Shown here: positions 9,669 to 17,152 of the stretch, in pieces | How the letters are laid out: each line of letters opens with the position of its first letter | How positions within the stretch are numbered: the stretch's first letter is position 1 | Origin: an uncultured Actinomycetota bacterium | Lineage (GTDB): Bacteria > Actinomycetota > Thermoleophilia > Gaiellales > Gaiellaceae | Direction of reading: 5' to 3' | Length of the DNA stretch: 64,000 bases | NCBI GenBank assembly: GCA_963738895.1 | Contig: CAVTYN010000014.1 | Span: forward strand, 147 to 64,146 | Translations under genes and position numbers: made by a program | The notes under the pieces: generated by a model | The model's input: the letters and a program-made list of their open reading frames with translations, nothing else | What the model was told of the DNA's origin: nothing | Database searches by the model: none

Positions 9669-10319
9669 CTAGCGAGTTGGCGCCGGTCGCTGCCGGACTG
9701 CGTAGGTCAGGTGGGTCACCCGCTGCGTCGGCTCGGCGCGGACCGGCTCCAGGGCCACGCGACCCGCGTCCACGCCCTCGAACAGGCGGATGCCGGAGCC
9801 GAACAGCACCGGTGAGAGCGCGATCGCGAACTCGTCGATCAGGCCGGCGTTCACGTACTCCAGGATCGTTGCGCCGCCGCCCGCGATGCGGACGTCCCGG
9901 TCGCCGGCGGCCTCGCGGGCCTGGTCGAGCGTGCGCTCGATGCCGTCGTTGACGAAGTGGAAGGTGGTCCCGCCCGGCCGCTCCCAGGCGTCACGCTTCT
10001 CGTGCGTCACGACGAAGACCGGCGTGTGGAACGGTGCCTCGTCCGGCCACGCCTGCTCGCCGAGGTCGAACATGCGCTTGCCCATCACGCTCGCCCCGGT
10101 GCGCTCGAACGTCTCCCGCACGATGTCGTTCTCGCGCCCTTCCTCGCCGCCGTCGCCGAGCTTCAGGTTCTCGCGGAAGAACCGCTGCGGGAAGACCCAC
10201 TGTTGCAGTTCCATCCACTGCGCCGTCCAGCGCTGCACATCCGGGTCGTCCATGCCCTCCTCGGGCGCGATGAACCCGTCCAGCGACATCGTCACGCTGA
10301 AGAACACCTTCGCGGCCAT
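9669..10319 (-). CDS. Dihydrofolate reductase family protein (RibD C-terminal domain type)
   Basis: Intact 216-aa ORF reading KVFFSVTMSLDGFIAPEEG...VFVVTH...IAGGGATILEYVNAGLIDEFAIALSPVLFGSGIRLF. Its start overlaps the upstream stop (TGATG). Confidence 0.85.
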   Translation of the reverse strand: MAAKVFFSVTMSLDGFIAPEEGMDDPDVQRWTAQWMELQQWVFPQRFFRENLKLGDGGEEGRENDIVRETFERTGASVMGKRMFDLGEQAWPDEAPFHTPVFVVTHEKRDAWERPGGTTFHFVNDGIERTLDQAREAAGDRDVRIAGGGATILEYVNAGLIDEFAIALSPVLFGSGIRLFEGVDAGRVALEPVRAEPTQRVTHLTYAVRQRPAPTR

Positions 10320-10825
10320 CAGCCCTCGGCTCCCGTACCAAGGGTCTCGGTGACGTAGGCGGCCAGGTTGCTCAGGGTCTGCCGGCCGCCCTCGATCGCG
10401 TGATACTTCTCGACCGCCTCGTCGCGCAGCTCCTTGGTGGGGAACACCGTCCTCATCTCGATCCGGGTCGCCGCGCCGTCGGGCGCGAAGGTCAAGACCG
10501 ACTCGAAGGCGTTCGGGTCGCCGCGGCGCTCACCGTGGAGCAGCGCGATCCGCTCCGGCGGGGCGAGCTCGGTCCAGGAGATCCACTCCTGGTAGTCCGT
10601 CCCGTCCGGTCCGTGCATCACGAAGTCCCACGCCCCGCCAACGCGGAACTCGAAGGCCCGCGTGGTGGTGGTGAACCCCTCCGGTCCCCACCACCGCGAC
10701 AGGTGCCGCACCTCGGTGAACGCCTCGAACACCACCTCCCGTGGGGCACTGATGACCCGGGAGATCACGATCTCGCGGTCGGCCGTCGCGGACTGCGCCG
10801 GCGCTCCTCGTTCCGTTGCGGTCAT
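10319..10825 (-). CDS. SRPBCC / AHSA1-family (Activator of Hsp90 ATPase homolog-like) protein
   Basis: Intact 168-aa ORF reading REIVISRVISAPREVVFEAFTEVRHLSRWWGPEGFT...HGPDGTDY. This is the classic partner of an ArsR regulator. Confidence 0.85.
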   Translation of the reverse strand: MTATERGAPAQSATADREIVISRVISAPREVVFEAFTEVRHLSRWWGPEGFTTTTRAFEFRVGGAWDFVMHGPDGTDYQEWISWTELAPPERIALLHGERRGDPNAFESVLTFAPDGAATRIEMRTVFPTKELRDEAVEKYHAIEGGRQTLSNLAAYVTETLGTGAEG

Positions 10826-10828
10826 CAG

Positions 10829-11173
10829 CTACTCCTCCCGCGTCGCCTGCTCGAGGTCCTGCACGTACTCGTCCAGCCGGTCGAAGCTCTCGTTCCAGAA
10901 CCGCTCGAACCCCCCGGTCCACTCGTGAACCGGTCGCAGCCCGCGGGCGTCGAGGCCGTACAGGCGTTGCTTGCCTGCCTTGCGGTCCCGCACCAGTCCG
11001 ACCTCCCGGAGCACCCGCAGGTGCTTGGAAGCCCCCGGCTGGGTCATCCCCAGCTCCTGGGCCAACTCGGTTACCGGCGCCTCACCCGCCCGCAGCAGCA
11101 CTACCAGGATCTCCCGGCGCTGCTGCTCGGCGATCGCGTTGAAGACGTCCGCCGTCGTCGCTGCTCGTGCCAT
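10829..11173 (-). CDS. ArsR/SmtB-family metalloregulator-type transcription factor
   Basis: VFNAIAEQQRREILVVLLRAGEAPVTELAQELGMTQPGASKHLRVLREVGLV is a winged-HTH motif. I prefer the ATG at 11173 (MARAATT...) over the ORF-track start at 11200. Confidence 0.85.
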   Translation of the reverse strand: MARAATTADVFNAIAEQQRREILVVLLRAGEAPVTELAQELGMTQPGASKHLRVLREVGLVRDRKAGKQRLYGLDARGLRPVHEWTGGFERFWNESFDRLDEYVQDLEQATREE

Positions 11174-11183
11174 GGCGCAATCA

Positions 11184-11201
11184 TATTCCGATATCGGCAT
11201 A
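11184..11201. promoter_or_regulatory. Imperfect palindrome, candidate ArsR autoregulatory operator
   Basis: TATTCCGATATCGGCATA has a perfect 10-bp core CCGATATCGG (11188-11197) and is 16/18 symmetric. It sits 11-28 nt upstream of the preferred arsR ATG. Confidence 0.4.
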
Positions 11202-11300
11202 CGTCAAGCCGTGGAGAGAAAATTCTGGGTTGAGGCCCTCGACCAGCCGTTTGAGGTGTGACGAAGTTGATGGACTACAGCATTTGCGTAGCATTACACC

Positions 11301-11573
11301 GTGGCGCTCAACATCAAGGACATCGAGACGGAACGGTTGGCTCGCGAGGTAGCCGCGCTGACAGGGGAATCGAAAACCGGAGCGATTCGGACATCTCTTC
11401 GGGAGCGCAAGGCTCGACTTGCCCTGCAGCGTCCGGCGGGTGATCGCGAGCAGGCGGTTCGTACGCTGCTCGAGCACAAGGTATGGCCGGCGCTACCACC
11501 GGGCGTGCGGGGTCATGCGCCGAGTTCGACCGAGCAGGACGAGATCCTTGGCTATGAGCCCAGCCAATCGTGA
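11301..11573 (+). CDS. vapB: Type II antitoxin VapB (Rv0623-like family)
   Basis: MALNIKDIETERLAREVAALTGESKTGAIRTSLRERKARL...ILGYEP resembles M. tuberculosis VapB30-type antitoxins. It overlaps vapC in a GTGA. Confidence 0.85.
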   Translation: MALNIKDIETERLAREVAALTGESKTGAIRTSLRERKARLALQRPAGDREQAVRTLLEHKVWPALPPGVRGHAPSSTEQDEILGYEPSQS

Positions 11574-11956
11574 TCGTTGACTCCTCGGCGTTGCTGGCAG
11601 TCTTTTTCGACGAGCCCGAGTGCGATGAGTTCATTGGGAAGATCGGCACGGCCGAGGTCGTCGGAGTTGGCGCGCCGACGCTCGCGGAGACCGGAATCGT
11701 GATTGCCGCTCGCCTTGGCGAGGCCGGGTCCCGACTGCTCGCGGAACTGGTCGACCTTGCACAGCTGGTGGTGATTCCCTTCGACCGACCCCATTGGCAC
11801 GCCGCCACCGACGCGTGGCTTCGCTTCGGCCGCGGCCGAAGCGAAGCCGGGCTGAACCTCGGCGACTGCCTCACCTACGCGACAGCTCGCGTCGCCGACC
11901 GACCACTTCTCTTCAAAGGTGACGATTTCACCAAGACGGACCTCGTTCGCGCCTGA
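11570..11956 (+). CDS. vapC: Type II toxin VapC (PIN-domain ribonuclease)
   Basis: MIVDSSALLAVFFDEPE...LNLGDCLTYATA...LLFKGDDFTKTD carries the PIN acidic residues in the usual places. Confidence 0.9.
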   Translation: MIVDSSALLAVFFDEPECDEFIGKIGTAEVVGVGAPTLAETGIVIAARLGEAGSRLLAELVDLAQLVVIPFDRPHWHAATDAWLRFGRGRSEAGLNLGDCLTYATARVADRPLLFKGDDFTKTDLVRA

Positions 11957-12059
11957 GCCTCAGAGGGTCGGCGCGTATCTGGCGGCGCTCGGACGGTCGG
12001 AAGAAGATGGGGCGAACGCCGCATGGCGGTTGTGGCTGGCGAGCCTAGGCTGGCAATCG

Positions 12060-12416
12060 TGAGCGGATCTCAGGTCACGAGCCCCTCGACGAACCAGGCC
12101 CTCGCCGGCCATCACCGCGACCGCCTCGAACCGCCTTTTGGGCGCACCGACTCCTTCAACAGCTCCGACGCCCTGCGATGCACCGCAACCTCGGTCTCGA
12201 GCTGCCGGATCCGCACCATCGCCACCTTCAACTCTTCCCGCTCGACCGAGCTCAGACCCGGCGATTCACCGTGATCGACTCGCTCCTGGCGCCTCCACGC
12301 GTAGATCGAGTGACGCTGACCTCCAGCAGCCGCGCTACCTCAGCGACAGGCCTCCCCGCCGCGACCAGATCCAGCGCCCGACGCCGAAACTCCGGCGGAT
12401 AACCCCTCCGTCCCAC
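12060..12416 (-). mobile_element. IS3-family transposase remnant (orfA with one frameshift, orfB truncated after ~20 codons)
   Basis: My translation of the minus strand starts at the GTG at 12416 and reads VGRRGYPPEFRRRALDLVAAGRPVAEVARLLEVS. After a shift near 12310 it reads HSIYAWRRQERVDHGESPGLSSVEREELKVAMVRIRQLETEVAVHRRASELLKESVRPKGG..* (TGA at 12112-12114). A CAAAAG slippery-like motif lies at 12135-12140. In the -1 frame, RFEAVAVMAGEGLVRR follows and similarity then stops. Confidence 0.75.
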
Positions 12417-12475
12417 CTACGACCTCCTTCAATCGAGGCGCCCGAGTCTAGAAAACGCGGCGGTAACCTGAGACC

Positions 12476-12703
12476 ATGGATTCGAAGCCGCGCCTCACGA
12501 TCACTTATCAGGAGCCTGACGAGGAAGGTTGGATCGTGGCCTCGGTAGTCGAGGTTCCCGGCGCGATGAGCCAGGGTCGGACTCGCGAGGAAGCTCGCGA
12601 GAACGTGATCGATGCCCTCCGACTGATGCTCACACCCGATGACGACGATTCGAGCGTGGCCGCCGGTCGAACAGAGTCGCTCGAGCTGCTGTTTACCGGT
12701 TGA
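12476..12703 (+). CDS. hicB: Type II antitoxin HicB (UPF0150-like)
   Basis: The 75-aa ORF reads LTITYQEPDEEGWIVASVVEVPGAMSQGRTREEARENVIDALRLML. It overlaps hicA in a TTGA. Confidence 0.8.
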   Translation: MDSKPRLTITYQEPDEEGWIVASVVEVPGAMSQGRTREEARENVIDALRLMLTPDDDDSSVAAGRTESLELLFTG

Positions 12704-12883
12704 AGCGTCGAGACCTCGAGCGTCATCTCAGAGCAAACGGCGCGCGCCAGGTTGCCGAGGGCGGGAAGCACACGAAGTGGCGAAGCGGCGACGGTGAGAG
12801 GGTGACCTCGCTTCCTCGCCATGCCGAGATCGGATCTCGGCCTCGTTCGCTATCTGCCACAACTCGACATTCCCGCCCCATAG
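12700..12883 (+). pseudogene. hicA: Type II toxin HicA (mRNA interferase), single-nucleotide frameshift near the 3' end
   Basis: MKRRDLERHLRANGARQVAEGGKHTKWRSGDGERVTSLPRHAEIG is in the frame of 12700. After one extra nt (T at 12835), the conserved C-terminus LGLVRYLPQLDIPAP* ends at TAG 12881-12883. The uncorrected frame runs on for 220 aa. Confidence 0.8.
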
Positions 12884-12939
12884 CCAGACCGCGCCGTCAT
12901 GACTGTCGCCTGGGCCAGCGTGCGCGAATGGCCTCCGAG

Positions 12940-13878
12940 CTAGGGCGGTGTCGTAGTCGGCTGCCAGGCCGGATCAAGAGTCGATGCTGCGCCGCGAACG
13001 AGCGGTCGGAGCCTCGATCCATCTGCGTCGATGATGTACAGGTTGCCGCCGTCGCCGCGGCGACTGCTCGTCCTGCTGCTGTACCGCGCGAAGACAAGCT
13101 CGCTTCCGTCTGGCGACCAAGCGGCCTCGATTCCGTGAGTGAGCCGACGAGCGGAGGCACGGGGGCCGCCGGTCGAGTAGATGCAGATTGGGTCTTGGAT
13201 CGGGTTCGGCGGCGGGCATCCTTCGAAGTCGATATGGGTGCCGTCGGGCGACCAGTCTCCACCCTCCCCGCCACCGCGAAGAGTGACGTGGCCGCTGCCA
13301 TCCGGGTGGATGAGGTAGGCGTTCGCGGTTGTTTCGTACAAGATCCACTGCCCGTTTGGTGACCACGCAGGGTTCACCACTGCTGACACTGACTCGTTGT
13401 CGATGTAGGAATCTTGGTCGTTGGTCAGTTGTCGCTTGCTGCTGCCATCGACGTTCGTGACGTCAATCTGGCCGGGCGGGTACTCCTCAAAGGCGAGCTG
13501 GGTGCCGTCAGGCGACCAGGCCGGGTTGTGTTCGTCGTGTGCTGGTATCGCTAGCTCGTGGGCGCCGCCGCCATCGGCATTCGCGATGAAGATGTCCCAG
13601 TCGCCCCGCGCCGACTTGCGCACGAAGGCGATCGAACGACCGTCGGCTGACCAGGCCGGCTCCGCTGCATCCTCGATCAACGTACGAAACCCTGAGCGAT
13701 CAGGCTTCACAACCGCGACGCTCGAACCGGCTGCTGTCGTACGCGTGAAGGCGATCAGTCCGTTGCCGCCTGGGAAAGTCGCCCGTGCCACGGGACTCAC
13801 ACCGCTTACGAAAGCGCCGAGCGCGACAGTCCCGACCGCCAGCCAGGCGAGGGTACGAACGGACGTGGTCAACGACAC
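12940..13878 (-). CDS. Secreted PD40/TolB-like beta-propeller repeat protein
   Basis: Intact 312-aa ORF with signal peptide MSLTTSVRTLAWLAVGTVALGAFVSG and repeated P(A)WSPDG motifs (AWSADGRSIAF, PAWSPDGTQLAF, PAWSPNGQWILY, DWSPDGTHI, AAWSPDGSELVF). Confidence 0.85.
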   Translation of the reverse strand: MSLTTSVRTLAWLAVGTVALGAFVSGVSPVARATFPGGNGLIAFTRTTAAGSSVAVVKPDRSGFRTLIEDAAEPAWSADGRSIAFVRKSARGDWDIFIANADGGGAHELAIPAHDEHNPAWSPDGTQLAFEEYPPGQIDVTNVDGSSKRQLTNDQDSYIDNESVSAVVNPAWSPNGQWILYETTANAYLIHPDGSGHVTLRGGGEGGDWSPDGTHIDFEGCPPPNPIQDPICIYSTGGPRASARRLTHGIEAAWSPDGSELVFARYSSRTSSRRGDGGNLYIIDADGSRLRPLVRGAASTLDPAWQPTTTPP

Positions 13879-13888
13879 GTGATTATCT

Positions 13889-13906
13889 CACTCGGCTGCC
13901 CGAGTG
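13889..13906. terminator. Short stem-loop between the hydrolase and PD40 genes
   Basis: CACTCGG (13889-13895) and CCGAGTG (13900-13906) form a 7-bp stem with a 4-nt loop, followed by TTT on the + strand. Confidence 0.25.
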
Positions 13907-13973
13907 TTTCGTGATGACGCACGAGCATGTGCCACGGTCGGTTCGCCATGGGCGAGCCTTGCTCAGGCGCTGG

Positions 13974-14714
13974 TCAGGCGGCTGCGGCGGTCGCCTCCAC
14001 AGCCTGCAGGATGAGTTCCGACGCGGCCTCCGGCTGGGAAACGAACGAGACGTGCGAAGCCGGAATCTCGACGATCGTGGCATTCGCGCGCTCAGCCATG
14101 AACCTCTGGAGGGCCGGCGGGATCGCCTTGTCCTCCGTACCGAGCAAGTACCAGCATGGCAGCGTATTCCAGGCTGGAGGGGCCGACGGCGTGGCTGCGA
14201 ACGCGGCGGCGGCATAGGGCCGCTGTGCCGCGGCCATCACCGCCGCTGTCCCGGGATCGACATCAGCGGCGAAGGCTTGCCGGAATGCCTCTGGCGCGAG
14301 GTAGAGGTCGGTGCCCTCGCTCCCGTCGGGGTTGGTGAACGGAACGGGCCTGATTGAAGGCCCCACAAGGCTGCCTTCAAACCTCTCGAGGAGCTGCTGC
14401 TGGCTCTCGCCGACGTCGCACATCCAGCCGTTGAAGTAGACGAGCGCCTTGACCTGTTCGTTGTCAATCGCGGCAGTGGAGATCACATTGCCGCCGTACG
14501 AGTGACCGACGAGCACGATCGGCCCGCTATGGGTCCGGAGGAACTCGGTCAGGTAGGCAGCGTCGCCAGCGAGATCCCGAAGCGGGTTGCCGAACCCGAT
14601 CGCGGAATACCCGCGGTCCTGCAAGGCGCGGATCTCGGCGTCGAAGCCGGTGGCGTCAGCCCATGCACCGTGAACGAGGACAATCGTCGGAGTTTCAGCA
14701 GCCATTTCCGTCAC
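13974..14714 (-). CDS. Alpha/beta hydrolase
   Basis: Intact 246-aa ORF with TIVLVHGAWAD and the nucleophile elbow LVGHSYGG. Confidence 0.88.
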   Translation of the reverse strand: MTEMAAETPTIVLVHGAWADATGFDAEIRALQDRGYSAIGFGNPLRDLAGDAAYLTEFLRTHSGPIVLVGHSYGGNVISTAAIDNEQVKALVYFNGWMCDVGESQQQLLERFEGSLVGPSIRPVPFTNPDGSEGTDLYLAPEAFRQAFAADVDPGTAAVMAAAQRPYAAAAFAATPSAPPAWNTLPCWYLLGTEDKAIPPALQRFMAERANATIVEIPASHVSFVSQPEAASELILQAVEATAAAA

Positions 14715-14739
14715 CGCCCTTCGTTGACCGTTTGCCGGT

Positions 14740-16100
14740 GGTCGGACTGTAACGCCGCCGGGCGCGCCCTGGGCAAGCCCAGCGCCACTGCACTCGGATG
14801 CGCCAGTGTTGCTCCTATGTCAAGGCCGGGCTCGCTTTCAGGGTGTTGAAGACGACGCGGATGAGGAGTCGTTTGAGGCAGCGGATGGCTTCGCGGCGGC
14901 TTTTGCCTTCGGCTCGTTTGCGTTCGAGGTAGTCGCGCGCGGCGGGGTGGTAGCGGGCTTGGGTGATCGCGATTCGGTAGAGCGCGGCGTTGAGTTGGCG
15001 GTTGCCGCCGCGGTCGAGTCGGTGGCGCTGGGTGCGGCCTGAGCTTGCTTCGAGCGGTGCGACGCCGCTGTGGCGGGCGAGCTGGGCGTCGCTCTTGAAG
15101 CGGTCGATCGGGCCGATCTCGGCGAGCAGCTTCGCGGCGGTGACCGCGGCGCAGCCGGGCAGCTCGAGCAGCGCCGGACGCCGTTTCCCGGACGCGTTGT
15201 TCGAGTTCCTGGTCGAGCTCGGTGATCGCGCGGTTGAGCGAGCGGCAGCTCGAGACGAGCTCGCGTGCGAGCCGCACTTGCAGCTCTTGCTCGCTGCCGG
15301 GCGAGCCAGCGGCTGACGCGCTCCAGGTGGGAGGCGCGGCCGAGCATCCGCAACGGCACCACGTAGGTCGGGTCGAGCTGAAAGAGATGCCAGCGCAGCC
15401 GCTGCTGGGTGCGCCGGCGCTGGTCGACGAGATCGTCGCGGTGATCGACCAGCAGCTTGATCTCGCGGTAGACGCTGCTCGTCCGGCCGCGGCCGGCTCA
15501 GGTCAGGCTCCCGCAACGCGGCTCGCGCGATCGCGAGCGCGTCGATCGGGTCCGACTTGCCGCGCGTCCGTCCGGCCCGCCGCTCCGGGACGGTCAGCTT
15601 CGGCGGCACCCGCACCAGGTCCTCGCCGACAGCCGAGCAGCTGTCGTTCGAGCCAGCGGGTGAGCTGCCGGCAGTCCTCGACCGCCCACAACCGCTCCTC
15701 GTCGAGCGCAGATGCCCACCCAAGCAGCTCGTCGCTGCCAACCTGGATCAGTCGTCTCGTCGAGCGGCCTGCCGGCCTCGTCGACCGCGACAGCGGTCAC
15801 CGACTGCTTGTGCACGTCCAGTCCGATCACGATCATTCAGCATCGCCTCCATGCCGTTGGGGGCGACCGACGAGCGGACAGACCTCAATCGAGGCAGCAG
15901 CCACGCTCCTATCAGGTCACGCTCGACGGTCTCGGGACGGCGGCGGCGACACAACGCTGGATAGTCAGCCCTCGGGCGACATTCGGAATCGAGTCAGCCG
16001 CCGCCGCCCGAGTCTGCAACCGCTACCGGACACCACCACCCCGCCAAGAGTGACATTGAGTTCAGGAATGCCCCATGAGGTTTGGCTCTCCTGCTGACGC
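14740..16100 (-). mobile_element. IS110-family insertion sequence (approximate ends; the family lacks classical inverted repeats)
   Basis: The transposase gene sits next to about 260 nt of non-coding sequence on its 5' side (15837-16100). The flanking genes resume at 14714 and 16182. I could not define the ends from sequence. Confidence 0.5.
14815..15836 (-). pseudogene. IS110-family transposase (DEDD N-terminal domain plus Transposase_20), multiply frameshifted
   Basis: The N-terminus is MIVIGLDVHKQSVTAVAVDEAGRPLDE (15594..15836). Middle pieces LWAVEDCRQLTRWLERQLL, DLVRVPPKLT..GKSDPIDALAIARAALREPDL, VVPLRMLGRASHLERVSRWLA and VRLARELVSSCRSLNRAITELDQELEQRV lie in three frames. The C-terminus is LLELPGCAAVTAAKLLAEIGPIDRFKSDAQLARHSGVAPLEASSGRTQRHRLDRGGNRQLNAALY. 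At least 4 frame changes. Confidence 0.88.
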
Positions 16101-16181
16101 GCGTCGCCTCGCGCGGTCTGCAGCTCCATCCCGTGGCCAACGCACGGACGGCTGGTTGCGTCCTGTGCAAGGCTGAAAGCC

Positions 16182-17048
16182 ATGCACATCGGCGTCGTCT
16201 ACCCGCAGACCGAGCTTCGAGGAGATCCCACCGCAGTTCGTCGGATCGGGAGAGCAGCCGAGGACTTGGGCTTCGACCACCTTGTCGCCTACGACCACGT
16301 GCTCGGTGCCGTTCACGCCGATCGAACGCGTCAGCTCACGGGACCCTATGACGAGCACGACCCGTTCCACGACCCGTTCGTGATGTTCGCCTATCTGGCC
16401 GCCATCACCGAGCGAATCCAGTTCGCCACCGGGGTCATGGTCCTCCCGCAACGGCCGACAGCGCTCGTGGCGCGGCAGGCAGCCGATGTTGACCTTCTGT
16501 CCGGCGGTCGGCTGCGCCTCGGCGTGGGGATCGGCTGGAATCACGTCGAGTACGAGGCCCTCGGACAGAACTTCCGTACCCGCGGCGCCCGGCAAGAGGA
16601 GCAGATCGAGCTTCTTCGTCGGTTGTTCACGGAACCCGTCGTCGACTTCTCGGGCCGCTTCCACAGGATTGACAGAGCTGCACTCGTCCCAAAACCGACG
16701 CGACCCATCCCGATTTGGCTTGGCGGATCCAGCGAAGCGGCGTACGACCGAGCGGCCCGTCTCGCGGACGGCTTCATCTTCTTTGGCGGCGGCATCGAGA
16801 ACGCCGTCGACACCTGGAACCGGCTGCGTGATCGCGTGCGTGTACTCGGCAGATCGGTCGACGACTTCGGTGCGGACTGGGTGGCGCTTCCTCACGGTGG
16901 CTTGGCGGACCTCACTGCGGATGTCGACGCCTGGCGCGGGGCAGGTGGCACGCATATCTCGCTGGTCACCATGGGTCTCGGCTTGGACTCCATCGAAGCC
17001 CATATCGAGTACCTCGCCTCGGTCGCAGTCGCCCTCAACTTGTCCTGA
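16182..17048 (+). CDS. LLM-class F420-dependent oxidoreductase (Rv2161c/TIGR03619-like)
   Basis: Intact 288-aa ORF reading MHIGVVYPQTEL..FDHLVAYDHVLGA..DPFVMFAYLAAITERIQFATGVMVLPQRPTALVARQAADVDLLSGGRLRLGVGIGWN. Confidence 0.88.
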   Translation: MHIGVVYPQTELRGDPTAVRRIGRAAEDLGFDHLVAYDHVLGAVHADRTRQLTGPYDEHDPFHDPFVMFAYLAAITERIQFATGVMVLPQRPTALVARQAADVDLLSGGRLRLGVGIGWNHVEYEALGQNFRTRGARQEEQIELLRRLFTEPVVDFSGRFHRIDRAALVPKPTRPIPIWLGGSSEAAYDRAARLADGFIFFGGGIENAVDTWNRLRDRVRVLGRSVDDFGADWVALPHGGLADLTADVDAWRGAGGTHISLVTMGLGLDSIEAHIEYLASVAVALNLS

Positions 17049-17061
17049 CGGCAGCTCTAAC

Positions 17062-17081
17062 AGGCCCCGATTTGGGGGCTT
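17062..17081. terminator. Weak stem-loop between convergent genes
   Basis: GCCCC (17064-17068) pairs with GGGGC (17075-17079), extended by a G-T and an A-T pair. It lies between the stops at 17048 (+) and 17153 (-). Confidence 0.25.
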
Positions 17082-17152
17082 CCCTGACCTGACCTCACTG
17101 GCGTGCGCGAGAGTGCGCGAATACACCCCGACGGTCGCCCGGCTCGCCCGAG

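Noticed and set aside
12112-12416. Functional programmed -1 frameshifting at the CAAAAG motif of the IS3 orfA
   Set aside because: The motif is present, but orfB similarity ends after ~20 codons and orfA itself is frameshifted. The element cannot make an OrfAB transposase.
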